From Antedon mediterranea (taxonomy: Eukaryota > Animalia > Echinodermata), in the NCBI RefSeq assembly GCF_964355755.1, contig NC_092670.1, positions 38,304,388-38,368,387 of the forward strand: a stretch of DNA of 64,000 nucleotides, written 5' to 3'. Shown piece by piece: positions 51,101-62,500 of this stretch (its first letter is position 1; every line of letters starts with the position of its first letter). The position numbers and the translations under genes are program-made. Under the pieces are notes generated by a model. That model searched no databases and was not told the origin of the DNA. It was given only the letters and a program-made list of their open reading frames with translations.

Positions 51101-52698
51101 CTACCTCTGGTTCCACGCCTAGGTCTACCTCTGGTTCCACGCCTAGGTCTACCTCTGGTTCCACGCCTAGGTCTACCTCTGGTTCCACGCCTAGGTCTAC
51201 CTCTGGTTCCACGCCTAGGTCTACCTCTGGTTCCACGCCTAGGTCTACCTCTGGTTCCACCCCTAGGTCTACCTCTGGTTCCACCCCTAGGTCTACCTCT
51301 GGTTCCACCCCTAGGTCTACCTCTGGTTCCACGCCTAGGTCTACCTCTGGTTCCACGCCTAGGTCTACCTCTGGTTCCACCCCTAGGTCTACCTCTGGTT
51401 CCACCCCTAGGTCTACCTCTGGTTCCACCCCTAGGTCTACCTCTGGTTCCACCCCTAGGTCTACCTCTGGTTCCACCCCTAGGTCTACCTCTGGTTCCCC
51501 CCCTAGGTCTACCTCTGGTTCCCCCCCTAGCTCTGCCTCTGGTTCCCCCCCTAGCTCTGCCTCTGGTTCCACCCCTAGCTCTGCCTCTGGTTCCACCCCT
51601 AGCTCTACCTCTGGTTCCACCCCTAGCTCTACATTTGGGTCCACCCCTAGCTCTACCTCTGGTTCCACCCCTAGCTCTACATTTGGGTCCACCCCTAGCT
51701 CTACATTTGGTTCCACCCCTAGCTCAACCTCTGGTTCCACCCCTAGCTCTACCTCTGGTTCCACCCCTAGCTCTACATTTGGGTCCACCCCTGTAACCAC
51801 TTACTTACATGTAGTGTAGCTAACACACAGTACAGTACAGCTTACAGTATGTATACTGTTCAGTGAATGAGGACGAAAAACACCAACGCATGTGAATACC
51901 ATTAACACACCATATGAACGACTTAACAATGTATAAATGAGCATTTATAAATCATATTTTTTTTTAAATGTTAATATCAAGAGAAAATGTGTATTAAACG
52001 ACTAACCATACGGCCTGTATATGCAGCTCGATGAAGCGGAGTATCGCCAACATCGTTAATGACATTAATGTTAGCTCCGTTTTCTAATAAGATAGTCGCA
52101 ACCTCCAAATGCCCAAAATAGCAGCATAAATGCAATGGGGTCCAACCAAGGTTTGCTTTGGATTTTCCTATTTAGGTAAAAAAAATTTAAATTAAATTTT
52201 TAAATAAAAAAAAAAGTTATTCTACTACTCTACTTTCTGTAGTGTAGCTTATTATGTTGAAATTAGTTTCAACATAACCTTAGCCTTAAAATATGCAAAT
52301 TATATTAAAACAATAAGTCTGTGCATAATTTTTTTTTAAATTGTAAGATCACCTTAAACAATATATGCAAATTTGTTTATGTAGATTAGCTTAAATTATG
52401 CAAATGAAGAATATATATTAATATTATGTAGATTAGCTTAATTTATGCAAATTTTCAAAAAATGGAATTTTATTTAATAATGGACTTACCCTTGCAGTTC
52501 AGATTGATATTATTATGTAGATTAGCTTAAATTATGCAAATAAAAAAAAAACGAAATATACTTTTATACGGACTTACCCTTGCAGTTCAAATTGATAGAT
52601 ATTTCACCAGCTTTATACCTCTTGATAAGTGTTCGGACATGTTCCACTAAGCCATTCCTGGCTCCATACAGCAACTGATCTTCCAGATCCCTATCCAT
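27147..52698 (-). CDS. OSBPL1A: Oxysterol-binding protein-related protein 1, long form (ankyrin, PH, FFAT-like, ORD), 985 aa
   Basis: Exons (minus): 52578-52698, 52007-52167, 49725-49836, 49073-49158, 48298-48510, 47538-47582, 46447-46523, 45953-46016, 45454-45558, 45019-45141, 44147-44276, 43457-43569, 32563-32903, 31890-32100, 31115-31212, 29958-30134, 28870-29067, 28268-28421, 27781-28015, 27147-27340. Motifs NCKGKSKANLGWTPLHL, MPVVFNEPLSFLQR, KPFNPLLGETFE, EQVSHHPP, EKHRLEEKQR. Confidence 0.95.
27999..28208. repeat. 104-bp tandem duplication spanning an OSBPL1A splice acceptor
   Basis: tctatgccacctggaccctattattcaaatatatgcaaatagaa occurs twice, 104 bp apart. Confidence 0.9.
28485..28822. 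repeat. 127-bp tandem repeat, about 2.6 copies
   Basis: gactctaccattattatt recurs every 127 bp. Confidence 0.9.
30777..31093. mobile_element. MITE family A with a nested Harbinger-like MITE (30851-31041)
   Basis: Inner element TAA|AGGGTCTTTCACACCTGTTC...GAACAGGTGTGAAAGGCCCT|TAA, almost fully palindromic. Confidence 0.85.
31306..31445. mobile_element. MITE family A
   Basis: Both TIRs; flank TTAAGGCATTCTT repeated on both sides. Confidence 0.8.
32164..32543. mobile_element. Two MITE family A copies (about 32164-32280 and 32405-32543)
   Basis: TIR and interior matches. Confidence 0.75.
34879..35022. mobile_element. MITE family A
   Basis: Both TIRs. Confidence 0.8.
36147..36308. mobile_element. 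MITE family A
   Basis: Both TIRs. Confidence 0.8.
36820..36975. mobile_element. MITE family A
   Basis: Both TIRs. Confidence 0.8.
37388..37770. repeat. Diverged ~190-bp tandem duplication
   Basis: aaatttttctagg...attatggatttactatctca...atcaagggctacagaac...cacctacccgacagat occurs twice. Confidence 0.75.
38736..39438 (+). mobile_element. 5'-truncated non-LTR retrotransposon (CR1 group, Rex/Babar-like)
   Basis: ORF IIDFR...IEIVDQYKYLGIVFNDKLSW...SHPLH...KTNRFAKSFIPSGI is the region C-terminal to RT; AATAAA followed by an (ATCTT)n tail. Confidence 0.85.
40100..40190 (-). mobile_element. tRNA-derived SINE head fragment
   Basis: Minus strand TGGCTTGGTGG (A box) and GGTTCAAGTCC (B box). Confidence 0.55.
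40215..41348. mobile_element. Kolobok-like non-autonomous transposon, 1.13 kb
   Basis: TTAA|AATGGACCTGAAATGGAATTTCGATTTT...AAAATCGAAAATCCATTTCAGGTCCATT|TTAA; CpG-rich interior. Confidence 0.8.
41588..42110 (-). promoter_or_regulatory. Candidate internal promoter / alternative first exons of OSBPL1A
   Basis: CpG-enriched patch in a 10.5-kb intron with three consensus minus-strand donors (exon ends 42059, 41850, 41588); ATGATG|gtaagt at 41593-41588 is in frame with the next exon. Confidence 0.5.
44426..44563. mobile_element. MITE family A
   Basis: Both TIRs. Confidence 0.75.
45197..45319. mobile_element. MITE family A
   Basis: Both TIRs. Confidence 0.8.
45586..45711. mobile_element. MITE family A
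   Basis: TAA on both sides. Confidence 0.8.
46048..46335. mobile_element. Palindromic MITE; partial second copy at about 44742-44910
   Basis: acatctgcaaaatgtaacaacttgtaacca mirrored by tggttacaagttgttaca...tgcagatgt. Confidence 0.6.
46645..47240 (+). mobile_element. Helentron-associated (HINE-like) element
   Basis: Starts TTACCTCCGCCAAGGAGGT like the 6572 copy; TGTT microsatellite; ends gtaggcggaagt. Confidence 0.65.
48052..48180. mobile_element. MITE family A (right end missing)
   Basis: Left TIR plus interior. Confidence 0.75.
48850..49008. mobile_element. MITE family A
   Basis: Near full-length copy. Confidence 0.85.
50203..51793. repeat. 24-bp minisatellite, about 66 copies, in OSBPL1A intron 2
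   Basis: Unit AGGTCTACCTCTGGTTCCAC(G/C)CCT with minor variants. Confidence 0.97.
52375..52545. repeat. Short tandem duplications including a copy of the OSBPL1A first coding exon donor
   Basis: ttatgtagattagcttaa occurs three times; ggacttacccttgcagttca at 52482 and 52570. Confidence 0.8.
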
Positions 52699-53539
52699 TT
52701 TGCATGATACTCTCTTCTTCTACTAGTTTCTTAATTTACAAAAATTTATTAAAATTATTAAATATTAAATGCATTTTTTACTCTAAAATATATAAACAAA
52801 TATGTATTTAGCACAGCCAAGTAGTAGGCCTACTATACTACTAGCCGGATATGTGCGGATGACCATTCATTCTGCTTTTCTTTGCTGACCAAATATAATT
52901 CGAGGACTAGAATGGCTCGGCTAGTAGTAGTAGGCCTGGCTAGGCTAGGCCAGCTCATCATGTTGATCCTCATTTTGCAACAGATCAGAAGGACCAGCCA
53001 GGTTAAATAATTATAAAATATTATTATCCCCTTATAAATTTGATATTTGTTAAAAGCAGAATGGCATATTTGTAATATACTCAGCTGTGGCTACATATTA
53101 AACAAGTTAGATATATTCTTTCAAATGTGACTTTCGCTAGGCCCCAATACGTCAAAATAGGTCAGTGCTCACACGCCTTGCTCCGGCTGTCATCCTTGTT
53201 TTGTTCGTCGCGTTTTGTATGTCTCGCGAGGATCGAAATCAACAATTACAAAACGAGGATCGAGGAACCTCCTCTTTTAGCCTCTATGATCCAGACACAT
53301 CTAAAAATACTCAGACTATAACGTTTATTAAAAAAGAAAATAATAACACTAAAAAAATAAATGATTCATCATTAAATTCCATGAATCAATTTGTAGTATT
53401 TCAAGATCATCTGAACTAATTAATTGATAATTACTTCATTATTCTTGCGACGGCGTTCCATATCTATCCTCCATGCAATCTCCTTATTCTAGACTTCATT
53501 GTACAGTCGTCGTCTAAAATGATATCAACATCAATCAAA
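52699..53539. promoter_or_regulatory. Probable bidirectional promoter, OSBPL1A / WDR48
   Basis: Divergent start codons about 840 bp apart; CpG-rich patches at about 53130-53270 and 53440-53550; YY1-like AAAATGGCG over the WDR48 ATG. Confidence 0.6.
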
Positions 53540-56500
53540 ATGGCGATGCATCACAGGTCCCAGGGTAATCCTCGGAAGAAAGTACAGGTATTTCTCATTT
53601 CTGTTTATCTTATCAGCGAGTGTGTAGGATGCTGATTGATCCTTTAGTACCATGTTAAGTCAAAGGAGCATGCGATTGTTTCTATATTATTAATTAAGCT
53701 AAGAAGGATAGGCTAGCTAGCTAGGGCCAGGCTGCCACTCTCTGCCAGCTCAAATTAATTTGGGGCGGAGATGCGGCTAGCTAGTAGGGCCAGGCCTAGT
53801 AGGTTGGGTCGGTCAAGTTGTTTTCTTCTAGGCCTAGGCTATTTTAGGGCTAGCCTAGCTAGAGCAGGAAGTGATGTAATGAGGGTACGGTTTACAGAGC
53901 TCCAGCTCCTACCCACTAGATTCTCCAGAATTCCAAAAAAAAAAAACTAAAAATAAAGTTGTATTCATTATCATAAATAAAAAATTTTACTTGTTTGTAA
54001 ATTGTATGTAGGCCTAGGCCTAGTTTTGTAAAATTATTTTTTAAATAATGTTTTAGTTTACTATTAGTATTAGTTAGGCCTATGTTGTAGCCTATATGTA
54101 TGAATTACTCCATGGTATGAATGCCCCTTCTCGCACAGAAAACAGCCAAGCATATAGTATTCCACGCTCAAGTCGGGACTATCATCGGATGTCCTTCTTT
54201 CCCAGAACGTCAAGAGATTGGAACATCCTAGCAGAATCAACTGTAAAGGCACCAACTTTTAAATCATTTAAGGGGGTTCTTTACGAAAACTAACTCACTC
54301 GCACCACATCCCACCAAAGTGCTTTAGTCTTCAAGTCTGAAGTTTGCACTTAATTGGAAGAAGAAGAAGAAGAAGAAATAAACACTATAATATTATATAG
54401 GATATGAATAATAAACTGATCGAAGGAATTTTATATATTATAAATTAAATACTGATACCCACAGCATTGTCATTTTTTCAGTTATTTGCCTTTGGATTTA
54501 TAAAATAAATACTTAAATAGGCCTAGGCTTATATTATTTAGAATATATATTTATAAAAGAATTATGATTTCATTATTTATAATGAGCACTACACCATTCA
54601 ATTGACTTGTAAATAACAATATATTCTTCTCATTGCCATGATTGAATTAAAAAAGTCAATTGATTAAATAATTAATAGAGCATGCTGTTAAAATTAATTT
54701 TTTACAATTATTTGTTGTACAACAGGTCTCATTTGTTATTCGAGATGAAACAGAAAAGCAGCACAGGTCAGGGGTCAATGCAGTACAGTTTGACCCTGCC
54801 ATGAATAGACTATACACAGCAGGAAGGGATTCAATAATTAGGATATGGAACGTTAATAGTAGTCAAACAGTAAGGCAACTAATTTATTCTTGGTTCATTC
54901 TTGGAAGCAACACAAGGACGTAACTCAGTGGCATAACGGCTCATTGGCTAAACCCAGGGGCTCATTGGCTAAACCCAGGGGCTCCTGGAGCTTATGAGGA
55001 CCCATAAGCAGTGTCCAGAGGAAAAAACAGGCATTAAAATATGCCGAAAAAACTTAAAACGCCCGAGGCCTCCAGCGTTGGAACTTGAAAGGCCACTTAG
55101 GTTTCCTAAATCGGGGGCCTCAAGCCTCTACGTTACGCCACTTATATAACTGCACCGCAATTAACTTGACCAGTCACAATGAAGCTGTGAACCATTCAAA
55201 CTGTCGCTTGTGATTGGTCAACTTAATACTTTAATCAGTCCGCCTACTTTGTTGCATCCAAGTGGAAACAACCTTAACTTAGCTTAAAGCTCTGTCTACA
55301 CTATCACACTAGCTTAATTCTTCTTTTAATTACAAATTATGTTGTTTCTTATTTCAGGAAGCATCTTATTTTCAGTCTATGGAACACCATACTGATTGGG
55401 TGAATGACATTGTGTTATGTTGTGGAGGCAAAACATGTATGTGTTAAGTAGTTTACCTTTTTCGTAAAATTAAAAATGAGTCATAATAGTCTAGTCCACG
55501 CACTAGCCTCGAGGCCTACAAGCACCTACTGCAAAGAGAAATATTGAATAAAAGCAGAATGAATGAAAACTTTCCACCACACCGCTCGCAAATTTCATGT
55601 ACACGGTTTTCCGCTTACTGTTACTGCTTACCATTACCGCTCTTCTGTGTAAATTGGCCTTTAAATTGCTTGATGATGTTTGAACATTGATAAGCTTACA
55701 ACTTATGTGAATCATCTCATTTAACATAATTTAACATTGCTAGAATATTGTTTAAATATTTGATTAGGTTAAAGATCAATTTAGTATAATTATTTTGTTC
55801 ATCCACAGTAATATCAGCATCTTCAGATGCTATGGTAAAAGTTTGGAATGCACATAAAGGGTTTTGTATGTCAACATTAAGAACACATAAGGTACAGTAC
55901 AAAAAAGAGTGAGATAAAGTATTTGTGATGTACTGTAGTAAGATGTATGAGGTGCTAAAGTAAGGCCCTGTTTACACTATTAAACTGGTTTAACAAAAAA
56001 AGTTTGATGTACCCAAATATGGTAGTGACATGCTTAAATATGGTAGTGATATAAAACTACCATAGTTGGGTATCAAAACTGATAGTGTAGATCATCATTA
56101 TTTCAAAACCTTGAATTGAAAAAATCTAATAAGATAATCGAAACAGTACTGTCTGTAATAATGTGTTTGTTCTTCTAAAATGTAACTCTTTTTGTATTTT
56201 GCTCTAGATAATCTGCTCATATTTTGAATATAGCATGTGTTATTAATTTTGTCTTGTAGGATTATGTAAAAGCATTAGCATATGCAAAAGAAAAGGAATA
56301 TGTTGCATCAGGTGGGCTTGATAAACAAATATTCTTATGGGATGTGAACACACTAACGGCACTCACAGCAGCAAATAATACAGTAACAAGTAAGTTAAGG
56401 CGTGTGTACAATGTGGGTTTGGAGGGGGGAGAAGATGAGGAGAGGCGCAAGAAGATGAGAAGAGGCGCCACAGGCAATATTGTAGAATATGCCTATATAA

Positions 56501-59500
56501 ATAGGCCAATTAAATCTTTAAATTAAATCTAGACCTGATTATAAAATTTCATTTTTCAGCATCGTCTCTAAGTGGCCAAAAAGATTCTATTTATAGTTTA
56601 GCAATGAATCCAGCTTGCTCGGTCATTGTTTCCGGTTCAACAGAGAAGATTCTGCGGGTGTGGGATCCCAGGACGTGTGTCAAAATGATGAAATTAAAGG
56701 GACACACAGACAATGTCAAAGCATTAGCTGTTAATAAAGATGCCACACAAGTAAGTGTGAACACACATTATTAATTATACATGATGAAATTAGAGGACAT
56801 ACAGACAATGTCAAAGCATTAGCTGTTATTAAAGATGGCACACAAGTAAAGTGTGAACACACATTATTAATTATACATGATGAAATTAAAGGGACATACA
56901 GACTAAGTCAAAGCATTAGCTGTTAATAAAGATGCCACACAATTGGGTGTGAACACACATTAGTTTTACATGGTGAAATTAAAGAGACATACAGATTAGC
57001 TGTTAATAAAGATACCACACAAGTAAGTGTGAACATTATTAATTATACATGATGAAATTAATTATTAAAATTGTTATATTTAGTGTTTGTCAGCAAGTTC
57101 AGATGGAACTATCAAACTATGGTCACTAGGTCAACAACGCTGCATAGCAACATACAGGGTTCATAATGATGGGGTGTGGGCGTTACGGGCGAACGACGCC
57201 TTCACGGTATTCTACTCTGGCGGTAGGGATCGCAATGTTTATGCGACAGATATGAGAACGCCAAACAGTAGTGCATTAGTCTGCAAGGAATCTGCTCCGA
57301 TTGTTAAGATACATCTGCTGCCTGATGAGATGTCAATGTGGGTTGCAACAACAAAATCTGATTTACATAAATGGGTAAGATCTTGAGCCCTGTCTACACT
57401 ATCAAATTGTATGTGATGTGCCCATATATGGACATGATGATGTCATATCACCTCCACATTTGAGTATATCACTACCATATTTGGGCACATCATACTTTTT
57501 TGTGAAACTAGTTTGATATTGTAGACAGAGCTTTAGACTATATTATTACAAGATTTATTTGGAGGATAATAAAACAATACAAAATCAATTGTATAATTAT
57601 ATTATATAAATAATGTATAACAAATTTGTAATATAAGTTTATATTATCTATTTATTATATATTTTATTTTACCTGTAGTCTACAAAAGGAGTTCAATCAC
57701 GGTTATCGCAACAAGAAAATGAAGACAAACTTGTTCCAATCTGTTCTGAGCCTAGTCAAACAATACAAGGTTAGTTTTTAGTAAACTTATAAATTCCTTA
57801 TCCATTACGCCATTTTTCGATCTCTATCTCTAGATTTTTACAAATTCATAATTTATTTTATTTTTAATTCAATTTCTTTTTATTTCGTGAAAAATTTCAT
57901 CCATATCAACAAATGTACAAACAGAAAAAGAAAGAAGAAAATTCGCAAATTCTAAGCTTAAATTTATAGGACACTTCTACATCTAAAATACATTTTGGAG
58001 TTATGGAGCATATGTTGCAAACACAATCAACAAGAATATTACAACTATTCAGCATATGTTGCATGGAACCATGGATAGATTTTCGCATATACTCATTAAA
58101 GGAAGGGACACCATGTTTAAATTCTAATGGAAAGATATTTTGTTTTTTGTAGGTGGTACTAGCATCCAGCAATATCATATTCTTAATGATAAACGATATA
58201 TACTAACAAAAGATTCAAATGAGAATGTTGTATTGTGGGATATCCTGAAGGTAGGTTGGATAGTGTGGTGGAACAAAACACAAAGTAAAACATTACAGTA
58301 GATCCCTATTAAGAGGATGCCTTAGAGACCCAACAAATTTTCCATAATAGTGGCGTCCCCTATTAGCGGTGTCCCTAAATAGTGGTGACACCTAAATAGG
58401 GGTTTGGCCGTAATGTTCAAGCATATATTGGCCCTTGTTTGTTTCAAAGAAAAGTGTCCAGGAAAAGCTGTTGTTAAATTTAGTATTAAGCCCTATCTAC
58501 ACTATCAAACTTTATAATACAGCAAAATGTGATGCCCATATATGGGCACGATGATAACATATCACTACCATATTTGGGCACACTTCTTTTGTTGAATTAG
58601 TTTGTTAGTGTAGACAAAACTTTAGGAAAACTTATGATAGACAGATGCATTATGTAAACAAGTTTCTTTGCCACTATTTTATGTGAGAAAGTTGACATAA
58701 AATGCACATAATATTTCTTTCTTTACAGGCTTGTAAAGTTGAAGATTTGGGCAAAGTAGATTTTGATATAGAAATCAAGAATAAGTTTAAAATGGTGTAC
58801 GTTCCTCCTTGGTTCAGCGTGGATCTAAAAAATGGGGTATGTATATTGGATTCATTTGAATGATGATTAATAATAAAAGCACTCAGAAACTGAGTGAAGT
58901 ACTTGGCAAAATACTGCCACAGAGGGCGCATGGTTATATTTCGGCACATGTTAAAAAAATACAAATTTTTCTTTTTCTTATTTGTGAAGTTATTATTAAT
59001 AAACCGATTTTTTTCAAATTTCAATAGGCATATTTTGTAAGTATATAGTAATAATAATAGTGCGTACTATTGCACGCCATGTGACCCACAATCATCCAAC
59101 CAAATGACAGGAATTTATTTAGGTGTTGTATAATAACTGTTATTTAATTGTTGATTCAGATGCTAAATATACATCTTGAAGAGTCTGATGCTTTTGCAGC
59201 ATGGGTTTGTGCAAAAGATGTTGGTTTGAATTCTATAGACGGTGGTGACACCAAAGGTAAGTACTGTATATTCTCTCAAATGCAAAGATGTACACACAGT
59301 GTATATAATTTGACCAATCAGAAACCACAGCTCATCCAAACCCCACCAAATGTCGCTTGTCATTGGTCAATTGCATGGATACTGGTGACATAACATGAAA
59401 GCTTTGTTCTCACTAGCTAGAAGGCAATGCAAAGATGTACACACAATGTATACACTTTGACCAATCAGAAGCCACAGCTCATCCAAATCTCACCAAATGT

Positions 59501-62500
59501 CGCTTGTCATTGGTCAATTGCATGGATACTGGTGGCATAACACAAAAGCTTTGTTCTCACTAGCTAGAAGGCAATGCAAAGATGTACACACAATGTACAT
59601 AATTTGACCAATCAGCTCTTCCAAACCCCACCAAATGTCACTTATCATTGGTTAATTAACTTGCATTGCAGCTAGGTCCTTGCATGGATACTGATACCAT
59701 GTTTGATTAGCGTAATAAACTGTCAGTGAGATAGAGTGAATATATAAATGTTCGATTCTATTATTATACTGCTTAACTTTATTAATTATTATTGCTAATT
59801 TATAGTGAATTTTGGTGGATTATTACTACAAGCATTGCTGGAACATTGGCCTAAAACACATGCAATAGAACCAGAAGAAGTCAATGGACAAGGTATACAT
59901 AAACACACATTAATTGTAATTTAAGTGGGGGGCCGGGCTGCAAATTTTTTTTTTCGTACATAAGTTAGGGACCCCTTTGTGAAAGATAACCGAACTTCTT
60001 CCTAAATATAACTAAACCTAACTCTCTAAATAATCTCTCTCTCATTATAAAGTACTGTAAAAAGAAGTTGCTCATGGGATTCGAACCCCATACATCGACA
60101 TGTAAAGTCTATAGTCTAATCCACTCGACTACACAGACGGCTGGAGAGAAAGCATTTGCATTAGCGAATTGTAGTTAGCTCAATTCTTAAGTCACACTTT
60201 ATGAATATGACTAATGAATATTCATGTTATTATGTATGAAAAGAAATATTGCAGCCGGGCTACCCAAAAATCAATATAAAGAGGGTTGGCTTTGGCATAC
60301 ATGATAATTACCTCACCTTGGTACAGTACAGTACTACCATCGTAAAGCTGCTTTGACATCGTGCCCGGATTAGGTCCAGTGCCCTGAGAAAAGTATCGTG
60401 GAAAATGGGTTTAATGGTAAAGCATAGGATCATTCACACCAAATTGGTACGATTTGAATATGTACCTGATTCGGACCCCGAATTTGGTACGGTGGATCGA
60501 GAAGCATTTGTTTGCTGAAATCGTTTTATTTTGACCGATCAACAGTAAGCATGAATGACCTCGCTTGGATGACCGAATTCGTGCTCGATGTGAAAGCACA
60601 TTAAATGCGATATTTCCTCGGGGCGCCAGACCGAATCCGAGCGCCATGTGAAAGCAGCTTAAGTACAGTGTATGTATCACATCAGTAATCATTTGTATTG
60701 TAATTTCAGTAAATGGTTTTGATGGAAGCACTGAAGATGTGAGTGGTGAAAGGACGCCGATGGGTAACGGCTACTTCAGCGTACCAGGACACACGCCTGT
60801 CATTCTAAGCGAGGTCAATGGCAGGACGATGTTCAGGTTGCTGTGTCGGGATGCTGGTGGCGATTCGGAACAGATGCTTCTACAGGATACAGTACCACAA
60901 TGGGTTAATGATATTACAGTTGAGGTACATGTGATGTAGCATGTGTCAAATTTGTATTCTTTCTTTCTAATAAGAAAGTGTTGAATTATTCTATGTTGTG
61001 TTCTAGTTGTAGTCCCATGACGTAGATGATCGAAGGGGCGTAGCCGATAGACAGGCATAAGCTATATCTTCCAATGGTGCCTATCTTTTCTCCGGGCTGT
61101 CGCACACCGGCGACTAAACTGGTATCCATATCAACTCCTTTAGGAGCATGGTGTGGAGGGTGGTTGAACACCCAGTTGGTACTATAAACAAAAACCAACT
61201 TCAATGGCGTCGGTTTAGGGGAACAAACGATGACCATCCAGCAAAAAATCCCCGTCAAACCAGAGAGGAGGTGTTGCCTGTATGTAGCATGTCTCAAAAT
61301 TGTATTCTCTTATTCTAATAAGATGGTGTTGAATTATTTCTGTTTATTGTCACTTCATTACCAAGCTTCTAGAAATCTTATTCTTTTTACATAATGGCCT
61401 AATTAATGTACCAAATAGTTTCTATATATTAGTTTTTATTTCTTTTTTTTTTTTTATAGAAAACCCAGCCAAAATTTAATAAGATATCGTTCTTCCTACA
61501 ACCTCATTCAACTTCCGGTGCAAAAACTCTTAAAAAGTAAGTTTATACCGTTTTTATGTTTTGAAAAAAGATTTGTGGCAAAAATGATTAAATATGTATT
61601 GTTCCCCAAAACATTGAAAACAGTTCTTGTTTTTTTCTTTAAATTACAGTTTTTTAGGTCACTTTTTGGTCAACGGGAATAACTATAATGTGTCATTAAT
61701 AACATTGAACAATGCATTGTTTAAGAATTATATTTTCAGGACAATATAATCTTTAAGTTTATTGACTTTGTAAACAGTATCTTTGGCATAATACTTTCAT
61801 TTTGTTTTTAAAATAATATTTTTTTAAAAGTCTGACGTTTATTTAATGTCTAGGGATAGGCTATCAGCTAGCGACATGCTTCAAATACGTAAGGTTCTTG
61901 AGCATGTCTACGAGAAGGTTCTTGGAGTAGAGAACGGTAGCCAACAAGGAATGGTGAATGGAAAAGAACAGGAGGGCCAAGATGCTGCTAGTGTAAGCAA
62001 TGCTGAGGAGAAGGTTGAACTACTATGCCAAGATCAGGTAAGTTGTGCCAGTCTCTTGTCTTTAAAGCTCTGTCTACACTATCAAATTATTTTGACAAAA
62101 AAAAGTGTGATGTCCCCAAATATGGCAGTGATATGACATCATCATGTCTATATATGGGCACATCACATTTTTTTGTCACATAAAGTTTGATAGTGTAGAG
62201 AGAACTTTACACTGGATAGTTTCATAATAAAACTAATAAAAGTGGATCCAGGATTCTTTTAACAGGGGGAGCACTACATAATAATAGTTATTAATAGTAA
62301 GTCTGTAGAAGATATCCACTGAGCATTGTCTCATTCAAATGTCAAATGACCCTTTCCTACTAAATAATAAATTTAGAATTTTAAGCGCATACTGCATAAA
62401 GGCTCTATACCCTTTAAAATAAAATAGTTGATGACATTTATTTGTTTTTTTTCTCTTCAGGTTATAGACCCAAATATGGATTTACGAACTGTACGATATT

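Noticed and set aside
50130-51819. Two long ORFs (556 aa minus, 542 aa plus)
   Set aside because: Both are translations of a 24-bp minisatellite within OSBPL1A intron 2; there is no non-repetitive coding context or splice support.
55668-55730. C/D snoRNA candidate (TGATGA)
   Set aside because: No suitably placed CTGA D box or terminal stem.
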